Assembly: GCA_017450545.1 (NCBI GenBank)
Contig: JAFSTL010000082.1
Location: 1 to 28,360, forward strand
DNA: 28,360 nt
Source: Alphaproteobacteria bacterium
GTDB taxonomy: Bacteria; Pseudomonadota; Alphaproteobacteria; RUG11792
Direction: 5' to 3'
Positions 8,801 through 20,418 of this stretch are shown here, piece after piece (the first letter of the stretch is position 1; every line of letters starts with the position of its first letter). The notes beneath the pieces are model-generated. The model made no database searches and was not told where the DNA came from. It was given only the letters and a program-made list of their open reading frames with translations. The position numbers and the translations under genes are program-made.

Positions 8801-11800
8801 TACGATACGTCAGACATAGTCTCAGATTGTGCATGTTTCAATCTTTCTTCTTCCGTCCATTTGCGTACGATATCACCTGTGCCGGCTGGCATTAGTCGAC
8901 CTACGATAACGTTTTCCTTTAATCCAAGCAAATTATCAACTCGTCCATATATCGAAGCCTCAGTTAAAACGCGAGTCGTCTCTTGGAACGATGCCGCAGA
9001 AATAAAGGATCGGGTGCGTAATGCCGCTTTAGTGATTCCCTGAAGCACATGTGTGACGACTACTGGACGTTTGCCCTCTCGTAAGAGCTCGGTATTCACT
9101 TCCACTAAATCATCTTTATCTATTTCGTCGCCAACAATATAAGTTGAATCTCCGGCATCTGTTATTTCGCGCTTTTGCAACATTTGTCTAACTATTATTT
9201 CGATATGTTTGTCGTTTATAGGAACACCTTGCAGACGATACACCTGCTGAACCTCATTTACCAAGTATTCTGCCATCGCCTCTACACCTAGTATCCTTAA
9301 CACATCGCTTAACACAATGTTTCCATCAACCAGCATATCTCCAGGCTTGACATAGTCTCCTTCATGGACAACTATAGACCGACCTTTTGTAACAAAGTAT
9401 TCCACAGGCTTATTTTGAGAAGTTTCATCAGGAACAATCAGTATCCGCTTCTTTGACTTATAGTCTTTCCCAAATTCAATCGTACCTCCTATTTCTGCTA
9501 TTATTGCTGGATCCTGAGGCGCGCGTGCTTCAAACAGTTCAGAAATTCTTGGTAAACCACCCGTGATATCTCGAGTCTTTACAACATCCTTTGGTATCTT
9601 TGCTATGATATCACCAGCCTTTACAGGCGCTCCATCTTCAACGTTTATAACGGCGTCTATCGACAGGAGATATCTAGCCTCTTGCTTATTCGCCAACATA
9701 ACCTGTTGTCCCGCCTCGTCTACCAAAGATATCATCGGTTTATAGTTCTTTGAACTTGAGGATTGCTTCCAATCAACAACGACTTTATTCGATATACCTG
9801 TCGTCTCATCCACTATTTCACGCAACGATTGCCCATTAACTAGGTCAACGAACTTCGCATATCCAGGAGCTTCGCAAACAATAGGAGTTGTGTATGGATC
9901 CCACTCAGCCAGCACCTGCCCAACTTTTACTGCATCTCCAGCTGAAACTTTCATCTTTGCACCATAAGGCACTTTATAGGTGAATCTTTCTCGCCCGTTG
10001 TTATCTATCAGTGCTATCTCTGCTTTTCTGCTTAGAGCGATAACGTCTCCAGAACTATTCTTCGAAAAAGTTAGGTTTTTATAAGACACTCGCGCATCCA
10101 TTGTCGCTTCCACGCTCGACTTCTCGGCACTCTTTTGAGCAGCACCTCCAATGTGGAATGTCCTCATAGTAAGCTGCGTTCCAGGTTCACCGATGGATTG
10201 TGCCGCTATAACACCAACAGATTCTCCAACGCTCACGACAGTTCCACGAGCCAAATCTCGCCCATAGCACTTCGCACAAACTCCATGTTCACTCTCACAA
10301 GTCACAGCAGAACGCACCAACACTTCATCTATTCCAGCTTCCACTATGGCCTTAACTTTATATTCATCTATATATCCGCCTTTTGGAACAATCAGGTTCC
10401 CATCATTGGGATTTATGACATCTGCCGCAGCAAACCTGCCAAGGATACGTGCTCCAAGAGACATAACCACGTTTGAGCCATCATATAGTGATTTGACCAG
10501 TAGTCCCTTCGTTGTTCCACAATCATCCTCAGTTACGATGCAATCGTTTGCAACATCAACTAATCGCCGAGTCAAATACCCTGAGTTCGCGGTCTTCAAT
10601 GCTGTATCGGTTAAACCTTTTCGGCTTCCGTGCGTTGATATGAAATATTCCAGAACCGAAAGACCTTCTTTAAAGTTTGACACGATAGGAGTTTCGATGA
10701 TTTCTCCATTTGGCTTTGCCATCAAACCACGCATACCGGCAGATTGCTTAAGCTGTGCCATTGAGCCTCTGGCTTTCGAGTGCGCCATCATGTAAACAGA
10801 GTTTGGTTGCTGCCCCTTCTCTGTCTTCGATACTGCTTTCATCAAAGCCTCCGCAACTTTGTCACCGCATTTATCCCACGCATCAACAACTTTGTTATAT
10901 TTTTCACCTTGTGTTATAAATCCATCGAGATACTGCTGCTCATATTCGTTTACGATCTTTTCAGTCTCCTTGACCAATTTTTTCTTTTCAGTAGGAATGA
11001 CTAGGTCATCTTTTCCATAGGAAATACCTGCTCGTGTCATGTATTTAAAGCCCATTTCCATTATTTTGTCGACGAATATAGCAGTTGCCTTTTGCCCACA
11101 ATAAAAATATATTTCATCTATTATGTTGCTAATATCTGATGACGTCATAACTTTATTTATCTCGTCAAATTTTATCATGTGGTGTTTTGGCAATATCTGG
11201 CTAAATAACACTCGTCCAGGAGTTGTTTCTGTCACTTTGGATTCACTGCTTCCATCTTCCCTATAGTAAGGAACGCGAGTTTTTATTTTTGTGTGATACG
11301 TCACAACCCTGTTTTCTAGGGCATACATTATTTCGCTTATACTAGCGAGAGCTATGCCTTCATTCTTTTCGCCATCAACAACCATAGTCATATAGTAAAC
11401 ACCGAGAACTATATCTTTTGATGGAACGACAATAGGACGACCACTCGCAGGACTCAAAATATTATTTGTCGATAGCATCAATATACGGGCTTCCAGCTGG
11501 GCTTCCATAGACAACGGAACATGCACAGCCATTTGGTCGCCGTCAAAGTCCGCGTTGAATGCCGTACAAACTAGCGGGTGCAACTGTATCGCTTTTCCCT
11601 CAATTAAGACCGGCTCAAATGCTTGTATACTCAGCCTATGCAACGTTGGAGCACGGTTTAAAAGCACTGGGTGCTCGCGTATCACTTCCTCTAAAATATC
11701 CCAAACTTCAGGACGGTCACGCTCTACCATCCTCTGAGCCGTTTTCAAATTGCTCGCAAGACCATATTTTTCTAGCTTTGAATATACAAAAGGTCTGAAT

Positions 11801-12939
11801 AACTCTAGAGCCATGTTTTTAGGCAATCCACATTGATGCAACTTCAATTCAGGCCCGACAACGATAACAGAACGACCGGAATAGTCAACACGTTTTCCCA
11901 AAAGGTTTTGCCTAAATCGACCTTGCTTTCCCTTTAACATATCAGACAGCGATTTTAAAGGACGCTTATTAGTTCCGACAATCGACTTTGCTCCGCGCCC
12001 TTTGTTGTCGATTAACGAATCAACCGCTTCCTGCAACATCCTCTTTTCGTTCCTGATTATTATGTCAGGTGCGCCTAATTCCAAAAGCCTCTTTAAACGA
12101 TTGTTTCTATTTATAACCCTTCTATACAAATCGTTTAAATCGCTCGTCGCAAATCGTCCACCGTCCAGAGGAACAAGAGGACGTAAATCTGGCGGAATGA
12201 CAGGCAAAACAGTCAAGACCAGATATTCCGGTTTCGTTTCGTTGTCTAAAAATGCTTGAAGTAATTTTACTCGTCTAACAATCTTCTTTTTACGAATATC
12301 GACTATATCCGTAGTCAATTCGTCCTTTAACTTTGCTATCTCAGCTGGCAAATCTATCGCCCTTAACATTTCGCGTATAGCTTCAGCTCCGATACTTACC
12401 GTGAATGAGTCTTCTCCATATTTATCCAGTGCATCCTGATATTCTTCTTCTGTTATTGTTTGATATGGTGTGAAATGGCTAAATCCAGGATCAAGCACAA
12501 CATATTTCTCAAAATACAATATCCGTTCAAGATCCTTCACGCCCTTATCCAATATCAACGATATCCGACTGGGTATTGACCTCATAAACCATGTGTGAAC
12601 AACCGGAGCAGCAAGTTCTATATGTCCCATCCTTTCTCGACGTACTCTGCTTTTTGTCACTTCAACGCCACATTTTTCACACACAATTCCCTTGTATTTC
12701 ATGCGCTTATACCGTCCGCATCCGCATTCGTAATCTTTTACTGGTCCGAATATGCGTGCACAAAACAAACCGTCCCGCTCCGGCTTAAATGTCCTATAAT
12801 TTATAGTCTCCGGCTTTTTAACCTCACCGTAAGACCAGGAACGTATTTCCTCAGGACTTGCTATTGATATCCTGATTGAATCGAAATCCTCAGTCTCTTG
12901 CTCAGTTTCAGCATTTCTAAAACGCTTATTAAAATTCAT
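8800..12939 (-). CDS. rpoC: DNA-directed RNA polymerase beta' subunit
   Basis: 1379 aa. Zn finger ([13 protein letters not shown]...CEKC), catalytic NADFDGD, trigger loop [10 protein letters not shown] and C-terminal [11 protein letters not shown]. Confidence 0.99.
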   Translation of the reverse strand: MNFNKRFRNAETEQETEDFDSIRISIASPEEIRSWSYGEVKKPETINYRTFKPERDGLFCARIFGPVKDYECGCGRYKRMKYKGIVCEKCGVEVTKSRVRRERMGHIELAAPVVHTWFMRSIPSRISLILDKGVKDLERILYFEKYVVLDPGFSHFTPYQTITEEEYQDALDKYGEDSFTVSIGAEAIREMLRAIDLPAEIAKLKDELTTDIVDIRKKKIVRRVKLLQAFLDNETKPEYLVLTVLPVIPPDLRPLVPLDGGRFATSDLNDLYRRVINRNNRLKRLLELGAPDIIIRNEKRMLQEAVDSLIDNKGRGAKSIVGTNKRPLKSLSDMLKGKQGRFRQNLLGKRVDYSGRSVIVVGPELKLHQCGLPKNMALELFRPFVYSKLEKYGLASNLKTAQRMVERDRPEVWDILEEVIREHPVLLNRAPTLHRLSIQAFEPVLIEGKAIQLHPLVCTAFNADFDGDQMAVHVPLSMEAQLEARILMLSTNNILSPASGRPIVVPSKDIVLGVYYMTMVVDGEKNEGIALASISEIMYALENRVVTYHTKIKTRVPYYREDGSSESKVTETTPGRVLFSQILPKHHMIKFDEINKVMTSSDISNIIDEIYFYCGQKATAIFVDKIMEMGFKYMTRAGISYGKDDLVIPTEKKKLVKETEKIVNEYEQQYLDGFITQGEKYNKVVDAWDKCGDKVAEALMKAVSKTEKGQQPNSVYMMAHSKARGSMAQLKQSAGMRGLMAKPNGEIIETPIVSNFKEGLSVLEYFISTHGSRKGLTDTALKTANSGYLTRRLVDVANDCIVTEDDCGTTKGLLVKSLYDGSNVVMSLGARILGRFAAADVINPNDGNLIVPKGGYIDEYKVKAIVEAGIDEVLVRSAVTCESEHGVCAKCYGRDLARGTVVSVGESVGVIAAQSIGEPGTQLTMRTFHIGGAAQKSAEKSSVEATMDARVSYKNLTFSKNSSGDVIALSRKAEIALIDNNGRERFTYKVPYGAKMKVSAGDAVKVGQVLAEWDPYTTPIVCEAPGYAKFVDLVNGQSLREIVDETTGISNKVVVDWKQSSSSKNYKPMISLVDEAGQQVMLANKQEARYLLSIDAVINVEDGAPVKAGDIIAKIPKDVVKTRDITGGLPRISELFEARAPQDPAIIAEIGGTIEFGKDYKSKKRILIVPDETSQNKPVEYFVTKGRSIVVHEGDYVKPGDMLVDGNIVLSDVLRILGVEAMAEYLVNEVQQVYRLQGVPINDKHIEIIVRQMLQKREITDAGDSTYIVGDEIDKDDLVEVNTELLREGKRPVVVTHVLQGITKAALRTRSFISAASFQETTRVLTEASIYGRVDNLLGLKENVIVGRLMPAGTGDIVRKWTEEERLKHAQSETMSDVS

Positions 12940-12950
12940 TGCCGTAACTC

Positions 12951-15900
12951 CTACTTGTTTTCTTCTTCTAAATTCGTCCGGTCTGTCCGTTTCTCAAATG
13001 ACACATTCAGTGCCAATGATTTCAGCTCTTTGACTAAAACATTAAACGATTCTGGCGTTCCAGGTTGTACCTCATTATTTCCTCTAACTATCGATTCATA
13101 CACCTTTGTTCTTCCGCTTACATCGTCTGACTTTACTGTTAGCATCTCTCGCAATATATGTGCAGCTCCATAGCCTTCCAGTGCCCAAACTTCCATTTCA
13201 CCGAAACGTTGCCCTCCAAACTGAGCTTTACCACCCAACGGTTGCTGGGTTATCAAACTGTATGGCCCTACTGAACGAGCGTGTATCTTGTCGTCGACTA
13301 AGTGATGCAGTTTCAGCATGTATTTATATCCAACTGTTACCTGCCTGTCAAATGGCTCTCCAGTCCTTCCATCGTATAAGGTCACTTGTCCAGATTTGTC
13401 AAGCCCGGCTTTCTCAAGTTGTGTTTCAATATCGTTTAAAGTCGCTCCATCAAAGACAGGTGTTGCTACAGGAACACCTTTTTGCAGATTTTCTGCAAGC
13501 TCTATAAATTCTTCATCATTCAATGCTTTCAAATCTTTTTTGTCAACAGGATCGGTGTATACGCTGAAAACAACATCTTTTACCGAGCCTAAATCCGCCT
13601 CGTCTTTCCTGTATTTTTCCAGCGCTTGTTGTATCTGTTGTCCAAGTCCATGCGCCGCAGCGCCTAAGTGAGTTTCCAAAATTTGTCCAACGTTCATTCT
13701 CGATGGCAAACCAAGCGGATTTAGAACTATATCAAGCGGAGTTCCATCTTCAAGATAAGGCATATCTTCCACAGGTAGTATTCGAGAAACAACCCCTTTG
13801 TTTCCATGCCGCCCTGCCATTTTGTCTCCTGGCTGAATTTTGCGCTTCTTTGCGATATAAACCTTGACCAATTTCAAAACGCCTGTTGGCAAATCATCGC
13901 CCTTTTGCAATTTGTGTACGCTTTCTTCAAATCTCTGCTGTATTTTAGATAACCTTTCTTCTGCTTGTTTTACCAAACTATCTATAACCCGTTGTTTCTT
14001 GTCATCCCTTATAACGACATTCTTTATCAAATAAAACGACATATGCTCTATCATTTCATTTGTTACCTTTTCTCCCTCGTTCACTTCATGTAGACCAGAT
14101 ACAAGTGTTTGCCCAACTAATTTGCTGCCAATATGCCTACAATAGGTTTGCTCTATTATCGTTTTTTCTGCATCCCGATTTTTTATTAATTCCTCTATTT
14201 GTTGACGTTCTATAGCTATTGTTCGTTCATCTTTCTCGACTCCTCGACGTCTTAATATTCGAACATCAACGACAGTTCCGGAAATTCCCGGTGGCACCCT
14301 AAATGAACTATCCTTCACATCAGATGCCTTTTCTCCGAAAATAGCCCGCAGTAATTTTTCCTCAGGCGTCATCGTCGTTTCGCCCTTCGGACTCACCTTT
14401 CCAACCAATATATCGCCAGGATTTACTTCAGCCCCAATATAAACTATTCCCGATTCATCCAAATTTCTTAACGAATCTTCCGCTATATTTGGGATATCCC
14501 TAGTTATTTCCTCATTTCCAAGCTTCGTATCCCGCGCCATAACTTCAAAGCTTTCGATATGTATTGAGCTTAAAACGTCTTCTTTAACCATTCTTTCGGA
14601 TAATACAATCGAGTCTTCGAAACTATAGCCATTCCAGGACATAAATCCAACAAGCAAATTACGCCCAAGAGCCAGCTCACCATTGTCTATTGACGCTCCA
14701 TCAGCTATAACATCGCCCTCTTCAATAACATCACCAGTTTTTACTATCGGTCTTTGATTTATACAAGTTCCCATATTCGAACATTGAAACTTTGATATCG
14801 TGTATATATCAGCACCAGCATCCTTATCATCAGTTATACGCACAACTATTCTCCTGGCATCAACATAGTCAACAATGCCTCCTCTCTTAGCTTTTATCGA
14901 TGCACCAGAATCTTGCGCCACAATTTCTTCCATGCCTGTGCCGACCAAAGGAGCCTCCGATCTCAACAAAGGCACTGCCTGGCGTTGCATGTTTGATCCC
15001 ATCAGTGCACGGCTGGCGTCATCGTGTTCCAAAAAAGGAATTAGCGAAGCAGCAACAGAGACAACCTGCTTTGACGAAACGTCTGCATACGAGATTTCAT
15101 TTTTTGGCAAAAGTCCGACGTCTCCTCCGGCTTTTCGAGCTATAACCAAATCATCCGTGATATTTCCTGATTTATCCTTTGCAACACCAGCTGGCGCGAC
15201 AGCGTATTTGCTTTCTTCTGTCGCTGTTAAATAAACAACTTCGTCAGTAACTTTGCCATCTATAACTTTTTTATATGGTGCTTCTATAAATCCATATTTG
15301 TTGATCTTTGCATATGTTGCCAATGAGTTCACCAAACCAATGTTTTGACCTTCCGGCGTTTCGATCGGACACAACCTGGAATAGTGTGTTGGATGCACGT
15401 CACGAACCTCAAATCCAGCTCGTTCTCGCGACACACCACCACTTCCCATCGCAGACAACCTTCGCTTGTGAGTAACTTCTGAAAGCGGATTTGTTTGATC
15501 CATAAACTGCGACAATTGTGAAGAAAGGAAAAACTCTTTCACCGATGTTATCAACGGTTTAGCATTGATTAAATCACTTGGAACATAAGTGTCTATGTCT
15601 GCTGCCACCAATTTTTCACGTATCGTTCGCTCAAGCCTCAACATACCAATGCGACACTGGTTTTCCATCAATTCACCAACCGAACGTACACGTCGATTTC
15701 CCAAATTATCTATATCGTCTACCGTGCCTTTTCCGTCTTTAACATCGAACAGCAACTTTACTATCTTTATCAAATCTTCTTTTTGCAAAGTCCTAATATC
15801 ATCCGGCGTATTCAGCCCAAGACGCTCATTCATCTTCGCACGACCGACTTCTGACAAGTCATATTTCGAGGGATCTTGTACCAAGTTATGGAACAACTCC

Positions 15901-17141
15901 TCTCCGCCTGATACGGTCGGTTGCTCTCCAGGATTTAACGCTCTGTATAATTCTATAAACGCATCTTCACGATTTGTGCATTTTGAATATGAAAATGTAT
16001 CTATTATATAAGGGTTGGAATTACGCCCATCTATCAATAAAATTTCAATTGAATTTAATCCTAACTTTTCTATTTTTTCAATCGTTTCTTCAGTTATTTC
16101 TTCTCCCGCCTCAAAACTTAGAGCTCCATTCGTTTCATCTATTACATCATTTGCTATGTATTTCCCAATCAGCTCTTCATTTGTCACAAAAATATTCTCT
16201 ACCCCTTCATTTTCAAGAATTTTCATAACTCTAGGATTTAATTTATCTCCAGATTTCGCAACAACTTCTCTCGTTTTTTCATTAACTAAATCTTTCTCTA
16301 GCCGTATTCCTTTCCAATTCTCAGCATCGAATGGTATAGACCACCCATCTTTAACTTTTGTGTATTTTATCTTATTATAAAATGTGTTTAATATCTCTTC
16401 TTTTGACATTCCAGTTACGCAATCATCTGGAATAGTATCTCCCGGTCTCATTTGCTTTCTATATTCTTCTGTTTCCTTACTTTCTAAGCACATAAAGAAA
16501 GTTGTCGCCAAAACTTTGCGTCTTCGGTCTATGCGAACATATAAGACATCTCTATGGTCAAATTCAAAATCTATCCATGAACCACGGTAAGGAATAATTC
16601 GTGCCGAATATAAAAGTTTTCCAGATGAATGCGTCTTTCCGCCATCGTGATCTATAAACACTCCAGGACTTCTGTGCATCTGTGACACAACCACCCGCTC
16701 TATACCATTAAATATAAAAGTCCCACGCTCGTTCATTATCGGAAATTCTCCTAAATAAACCTCTTGCTCTTTTATATCTCTCACCGCACGAGCACCAGTG
16801 TCTGGATCTATATCCCAAACCACAAGCCTGAATTTCCCCTTTATTGGAGCGGAAAAAGTGCCTCCTCGTTGCCTGCACTCTTCCTCTGTATATTTCGGTT
16901 CATCAAAGTCATATCCACAGAATTCCAATTGCGCTTTGCCGGCCGCATCCTTTACTGGAAAAAACTCGTTGAATATTCCTAAAAGACCAATATTTTTCAT
17001 ATCTTTTGAAGGAACACCATACTGTAAAAATGAATCAAACGATTGCTTTTGTAACGATATCAAATTAGGAATTGGTGTCGTTTCTTTGACTCGACCAAAA
17101 GATTTACGAAAACGCTTTCGTCCTGTATAAGATCTGACCAT
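12951..17141 (-). CDS. rpoB: DNA-directed RNA polymerase beta subunit
   Basis: 1396 aa. Motifs [36 protein letters not shown] and [14 protein letters not shown]. Separate from rpoC (11-nt gap). Confidence 0.99.
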   Translation of the reverse strand: MVRSYTGRKRFRKSFGRVKETTPIPNLISLQKQSFDSFLQYGVPSKDMKNIGLLGIFNEFFPVKDAAGKAQLEFCGYDFDEPKYTEEECRQRGGTFSAPIKGKFRLVVWDIDPDTGARAVRDIKEQEVYLGEFPIMNERGTFIFNGIERVVVSQMHRSPGVFIDHDGGKTHSSGKLLYSARIIPYRGSWIDFEFDHRDVLYVRIDRRRKVLATTFFMCLESKETEEYRKQMRPGDTIPDDCVTGMSKEEILNTFYNKIKYTKVKDGWSIPFDAENWKGIRLEKDLVNEKTREVVAKSGDKLNPRVMKILENEGVENIFVTNEELIGKYIANDVIDETNGALSFEAGEEITEETIEKIEKLGLNSIEILLIDGRNSNPYIIDTFSYSKCTNREDAFIELYRALNPGEQPTVSGGEELFHNLVQDPSKYDLSEVGRAKMNERLGLNTPDDIRTLQKEDLIKIVKLLFDVKDGKGTVDDIDNLGNRRVRSVGELMENQCRIGMLRLERTIREKLVAADIDTYVPSDLINAKPLITSVKEFFLSSQLSQFMDQTNPLSEVTHKRRLSAMGSGGVSRERAGFEVRDVHPTHYSRLCPIETPEGQNIGLVNSLATYAKINKYGFIEAPYKKVIDGKVTDEVVYLTATEESKYAVAPAGVAKDKSGNITDDLVIARKAGGDVGLLPKNEISYADVSSKQVVSVAASLIPFLEHDDASRALMGSNMQRQAVPLLRSEAPLVGTGMEEIVAQDSGASIKAKRGGIVDYVDARRIVVRITDDKDAGADIYTISKFQCSNMGTCINQRPIVKTGDVIEEGDVIADGASIDNGELALGRNLLVGFMSWNGYSFEDSIVLSERMVKEDVLSSIHIESFEVMARDTKLGNEEITRDIPNIAEDSLRNLDESGIVYIGAEVNPGDILVGKVSPKGETTMTPEEKLLRAIFGEKASDVKDSSFRVPPGISGTVVDVRILRRRGVEKDERTIAIERQQIEELIKNRDAEKTIIEQTYCRHIGSKLVGQTLVSGLHEVNEGEKVTNEMIEHMSFYLIKNVVIRDDKKQRVIDSLVKQAEERLSKIQQRFEESVHKLQKGDDLPTGVLKLVKVYIAKKRKIQPGDKMAGRHGNKGVVSRILPVEDMPYLEDGTPLDIVLNPLGLPSRMNVGQILETHLGAAAHGLGQQIQQALEKYRKDEADLGSVKDVVFSVYTDPVDKKDLKALNDEEFIELAENLQKGVPVATPVFDGATLNDIETQLEKAGLDKSGQVTLYDGRTGEPFDRQVTVGYKYMLKLHHLVDDKIHARSVGPYSLITQQPLGGKAQFGGQRFGEMEVWALEGYGAAHILREMLTVKSDDVSGRTKVYESIVRGNNEVQPGTPESFNVLVKELKSLALNVSFEKRTDRTNLEEENK

Positions 17142-17176
17142 GATGTTCTAATCCTTCCAAAAATAATCCCTTTTTC

Positions 17177-17204
17177 AAAAAATTTCGGGGCGTATTCCGC
17201 CCCG
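17177..17204 (-). terminator. Hairpin terminator/attenuator between rplL and rpoB
   Basis: Perfect 7-bp GC stem CGGGGCG/CGCCCCG (17186-17204), followed on the minus strand by AAATTTTTT. Same position as the rplL-rpoB attenuator in other bacteria. Confidence 0.6.
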
Positions 17205-17218
17205 GTGTCTCTGTTTGA

Positions 17219-17599
17219 TTACTTTATCGTGACTTTGGCTCCAGCTGCTTCGAGCTGTTTTTTGAACTTTTCTGCTTCTTCTTTCGATACTCCAGATTTC
17301 ACCATCTTTGGAGCTCCATCCACTAAATCCTTCGCTTCCTTCAATCCTAAATCAGGAACCAAAGCTCTAACCTCTTTGATAACGCTGATCTTCTTATCTC
17401 CAGCAGAGGTCAACTCAACGTCAAATTCGGTCTTCTCCTCAGCAGGAGCAGCACCTCCGGCAGCAGCACCCGGAGCAGCAACCGCAACCGCAGCAGCAGC
17501 GCTTACACCCCACTTCTCTTCCAACATTTTCGAAAGCTCTGCAGCTTCCAACACTGTTAAACCTGACAACTCTTCAACTATCTTTGCTAAATCAGCCAT
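17219..17599 (-). CDS. rplL: 50S ribosomal protein L7/L12
   Basis: [23 protein letters not shown], Ala-rich hinge, KISVIKEVR and [18 protein letters not shown]. Confidence 0.99.
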   Translation of the reverse strand: MADLAKIVEELSGLTVLEAAELSKMLEEKWGVSAAAAVAVAAPGAAAGGAAPAEEKTEFDVELTSAGDKKISVIKEVRALVPDLGLKEAKDLVDGAPKMVKSGVSKEEAEKFKKQLEAAGAKVTIK

Positions 17600-17632
17600 T
17601 TTTTTCTCCTTTTAAAACCAAACTATTTTCCA

Positions 17633-18136
17633 TCAACTCTTCGCAGCAATTACCCTCGCGACACGCGCCGACGGCTCTTTAACCGTCCTAACAATTTTCG
17701 AAGCAGCCGCAGTAAGAAGCCCGATAATCTTGGCACGAAGCTCATCCATAGACGGCAACGATGCAAGCTCCTTGATAACATCTGGCGCTATTGCTTTGCC
17801 ATCCATCACTCCGCCAAATATCTTCAACTTCTCATTTGTTTTTGCAAACTCAAAAATTGCTTTTGCCATTCCGACTGGATTATTCGAATATGCTAACCCC
17901 GTTGAGCCAGCAAGATACTTTCCAATCGAATCTAGTGTCGAATCCTTTATTGCTATGCGAGCCAATGTATTTTTTAGAACTTTAAGATTAGCTTCCGCTT
18001 TATGCATATCCTTGCGGAGCTTCGTTACCTCTTCAACTGTTATTCCCGGTTCTCTGCCCACGGCAACAACTATTGAAGAGTTAATCAACTCCTCTCTGAT
18101 ATGTGATACGAAAGCCTCTTTCTCTTTCCTTAACAT
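17633..18136 (-). CDS. rplJ: 50S ribosomal protein L10
   Basis: GITVEEVTKLR, KVLKNTLARIA and LASLPSMDELRAKIIGLL. Start reassigned to ATG 18136 (GAGGAG SD upstream) rather than 18163. Confidence 0.97.
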   Translation of the reverse strand: MLRKEKEAFVSHIREELINSSIVVAVGREPGITVEEVTKLRKDMHKAEANLKVLKNTLARIAIKDSTLDSIGKYLAGSTGLAYSNNPVGMAKAIFEFAKTNEKLKIFGGVMDGKAIAPDVIKELASLPSMDELRAKIIGLLTAAASKIVRTVKEPSARVARVIAAKS

Positions 18137-18191
18137 GCCTTTCTCCTCACATAAACCACACATACAGAAGGAGCATCAAAAACACTGCTTC

Positions 18192-18264
18192 TGTCTATTG
18201 CAGGTAGCCTCCCAGCCTTTAATCCATCTGCGCAACTAGCATCCAGAACCTACAGTCTTCGACA
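18192..18264 (-). promoter_or_regulatory. L10 leader (rplJ autoregulatory RNA element)
   Basis: Minus strand TGTCGAAGACTGTAGGT...TTAAA...ACCTGCAATAGACA resembles the L10-leader GTC-AAGAC-G-AGG/CCT-C-TAGAC pattern, and it sits directly upstream of rplJ. Confidence 0.75.
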
Positions 18265-18291
18265 ACACTCAGCATCAACCGAGTGCTTTTC

Positions 18292-18324
18292 TGTGAGATT
18301 TTATCACAAAAACAAAATCTCACA
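18292..18324. terminator. Inverted repeat downstream of rplA
   Basis: Perfect 11-bp IR TGTGAGATTTT (18292-18302) / AAAATCTCACA (18314-18324). No clear U-tract on the minus strand. Confidence 0.35.
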
Positions 18325-18333
18325 AAACTCTTT

Positions 18334-19017
18334 TTATTCTACAACAAACTGAACGCCAATTCCCATTGTAGAGCTTAGTGTCATCTTTTTCAGATAGTTT
18401 CCTTTCACTCCAGCTGGTTTTGACTTAACAACAGCATCGATAAACGCTTTTATATTTTCGGTTAAAGCCTCTTTCGAAAAGCTAACCTTGCCGATTCCAG
18501 CATGCACGATACCATTTTTCTCAGAACGATACTCAATTTGTCCGCCTTTGACATTTTTTATAGCAGTTGCAATATCCATAGTCACAGTTCCAAGCTTTGG
18601 ATTAGGCATCAGCCCTTTAGGTCCCAGTATCTTACCAACACGTCCGACCAAAGCCATCATATCTGGAGTCGCGATGCATCGATCGAAAGGCATATCACCT
18701 TTCTGTATCATTTCAACCAACTCCTCACCGCCAACTATATCTGCCCCAGCTTTCTTTGCTTCTTCTGCTTTCTGGTCTTTTGCAAACACGGCAACGCGGT
18801 ATGTTTTACCAGTGCCGTTTGGAAGATTTACGACGTTACGTACAGCCTGATCTTGCTTAGAAGCATCTATCCCGAGCATTATGCTTATATCCACAGTTTC
18901 GTCGAACTTCGCAGTTGCAGATTTTTTCACAATATCAACTGCCTCAGATAAAGAATAGACCTTATCCAAATCGTTATTCTTTCTCAAATCAGCAATCCTT
19001 TTTCCAATGTGCGCCAT
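18334..19017 (-). CDS. rplA: 50S ribosomal protein L1
   Basis: [24 protein letters not shown] and [16 protein letters not shown]. Confidence 0.99.
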   Translation of the reverse strand: MAHIGKRIADLRKNNDLDKVYSLSEAVDIVKKSATAKFDETVDISIMLGIDASKQDQAVRNVVNLPNGTGKTYRVAVFAKDQKAEEAKKAGADIVGGEELVEMIQKGDMPFDRCIATPDMMALVGRVGKILGPKGLMPNPKLGTVTMDIATAIKNVKGGQIEYRSEKNGIVHAGIGKVSFSKEALTENIKAFIDAVVKSKPAGVKGNYLKKMTLSSTMGIGVQFVVE

Positions 19018-19020
19018 ACT

Positions 19021-19455
19021 CTAGCCCTCCACAACTTCAACGCCCATAGACCTGGCAGAACCAATAATCATTTGAGCCGCCGATTCGATTGTATTCGCAT
19101 TCAGATCCTGCATCTTCGCCTTTGCTATCTCATTAACTTGAGACATCGTTATTTTTGCAATAGGAGCCGTTATGCCAGTTTTCTGAGAACCGCTGGTTAT
19201 CTTCGCAGCTTTCTTGATGTAATACGTTACAGGCGGAGTTTTCATCACGTATGTAAAGCTCTTATCTGCATAAGCAGTAATCACAACAGGAATTGGCATC
19301 CCAGGTTCCATCTGCTGTGTCTTCGCATTAAAAGCTTTGCAAAATTCCATGATGTTCAGCCCCTTTTGCGCCAAAGCAGGTCCTATCGGAGGCGAAGGAT
19401 TAGCCTTCCCTGCCGGAATTTGCAACTTTATATATCCAACAACTTTCTTTGCCAT
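19021..19455 (-). CDS. rplK: 50S ribosomal protein L11
   Basis: [24 protein letters not shown] and IIGSARSMG. Confidence 0.99.
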   Translation of the reverse strand: MAKKVVGYIKLQIPAGKANPSPPIGPALAQKGLNIMEFCKAFNAKTQQMEPGMPIPVVITAYADKSFTYVMKTPPVTYYIKKAAKITSGSQKTGITAPIAKITMSQVNEIAKAKMQDLNANTIESAAQMIIGSARSMGVEVVEG

Positions 19456-19479
19456 TTTTTTCTCCTAAACAAAAAATTT

Positions 19480-19515
19480 CGTGGTGCTCTCGATCAAATG
19501 ACCAAATCTCCCACA
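19480..19515 (-). promoter_or_regulatory. Probable L1-binding leader of rplK-rplA
   Basis: Minus strand TGTGGGAG-(hairpin)-GAGCACCACG about 25 nt upstream of the rplK start, resembling the GGGAG/ACC 23S rRNA L1-site mimic. Confidence 0.55.
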
Positions 19516-19519
19516 AAAC

Positions 19520-20071
19520 CTACACTTTTTCAACTTGAGTATACTCCAGTTCAACGGGAGTTGCTCTACCGAAGATCATAACAGAAACTTTAAGTTTTTG
19601 CTTATCATCTTCAATCTCTTCTATAAATCCACTAAATGAAGCAAACGCCCCATCAGTAATCTTGACCTGGTCTCCAATCTCGAAATCGACTGCGACTCTT
19701 GGAGTTTCAGCTGAAGCTTTGAGTTGATCCACGATCCTCTTGACCTCAGTTTCACTTATCGGCGCTGGTTTGCCGTTTGCTCCCAAAAATCCTGCAACTC
19801 TTGGTACATTTCGAACCAAATACCACGTGTCATCGGTCATTACCATTTTGATAAGAACGTATCCAGGCAAATATTTTTTGTCAACATTAATCTTCTGCCC
19901 ATTCTTTATCTCTGTAACTTCCTCTGTCGGAACCAAGATTTCCTCGAAATAGGCCGAAAGACCTTTTTTCTCAGCATTCTCTTGTATTACTTTAGCAACT
20001 CTACTTTCCGAACCGGAATAAGCATGAACTATGTACCATCTCGCCTTCGATTGCATTATCTGCTCAGCCAT
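19520..20071 (-). CDS. nusG: Transcription termination/antitermination factor NusG
   Basis: WYIVHAYSGSE, YLPGYVLIKM, and KOW domain GDQVKITDGAFASFSG...VMIFGRATPVEL. Start reassigned to ATG 20071, just after the secE stop. Confidence 0.98.
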   Translation of the reverse strand: MAEQIMQSKARWYIVHAYSGSESRVAKVIQENAEKKGLSAYFEEILVPTEEVTEIKNGQKINVDKKYLPGYVLIKMVMTDDTWYLVRNVPRVAGFLGANGKPAPISETEVKRIVDQLKASAETPRVAVDFEIGDQVKITDGAFASFSGFIEEIEDDKQKLKVSVMIFGRATPVELEYTQVEKV

Positions 20072-20073
20072 TC

Positions 20074-20262
20074 TTATCTCCCGATAATCGCATGAATAAC
20101 GCGATACCACCCAGTGTCAACCAACGCAAAAAACAGCGACGCGACCAATGCTATCACGAAAACAACGACTGTGGTTATAACAACCTCTTGCCTTGACGAC
20201 CAAGTCACCTTGCCAACTTCTGCCTTAACGTCTTTCAGAAACGTCAAAAACTTGGGTACCAT
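20074..20262 (-). CDS. secE: Preprotein translocase subunit SecE
   Basis: FLKDVKAEVGKVTWSSRQE followed by a single TM; upstream of nusG. ATG 20262 is preferred over GTG 20286, which lies at the predicted TSS. Confidence 0.93.
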   Translation of the reverse strand: MVPKFLTFLKDVKAEVGKVTWSSRQEVVITTVVVFVIALVASLFFALVDTGWYRVIHAIIGR

Positions 20263-20294
20263 GCCTACGTGCCCCAGAACTATCACTCCTTTTC

Positions 20295-20323
20295 ACTATA
20301 CGACATCCGGGGAAAAAACGCAA
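20295..20323 (-). promoter_or_regulatory. Putative sigma70 promoter of secE-nusG
   Basis: TTGCGT (20323-20318), 17-nt spacer, TATAGT (20300-20295). Confidence 0.55.
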
Positions 20324-20350
20324 TCTGTCGATGATATGGAAAGTTGATAC

Positions 20351-20384
20351 GCTCTGGATTGCTTTGTCATGACGCATCCAGAGC
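20351..20384. terminator. Hairpin downstream of glmS (possible terminator)
   Basis: Perfect 9-bp IR GCTCTGGAT/ATCCAGAGC about 35 nt after the glmS stop. No clear U-tract on the minus strand. Confidence 0.45.
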
Positions 20385-20418
20385 AAGTTTTTATTAAGAT
20401 TCAACGTTCAAACGATTT

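Noticed and set aside
12939-12951. rpoB-rpoC fusion as in Wolbachia or Helicobacter
   Set aside because: The genes have a separate stop and start with an 11-nt spacer.
16400-16500. Extra segment in RpoB ([25 protein letters not shown])
   Set aside because: It falls where many alphaproteobacterial RpoB proteins carry a lineage-specific insert, as I recall; not an intein or a novelty.
8861-17615. Many 60-170 aa plus-strand ORFs opposite rpoC, rpoB and rplL (similar ones lie opposite prfA, rplJ/A/K, nusG, glmS, valS and dapD)
   Set aside because: They are antisense shadows of well-conserved genes, with Ser/Phe/Ile-rich composition, no motifs and no SD sequences.
20351-20384. Hairpin faintly resembling Rickettsia-type palindromic repeat elements (GGATTGCTT...)
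   Set aside because: Single short copy with no second instance in the window; better explained as a terminator-like stem.
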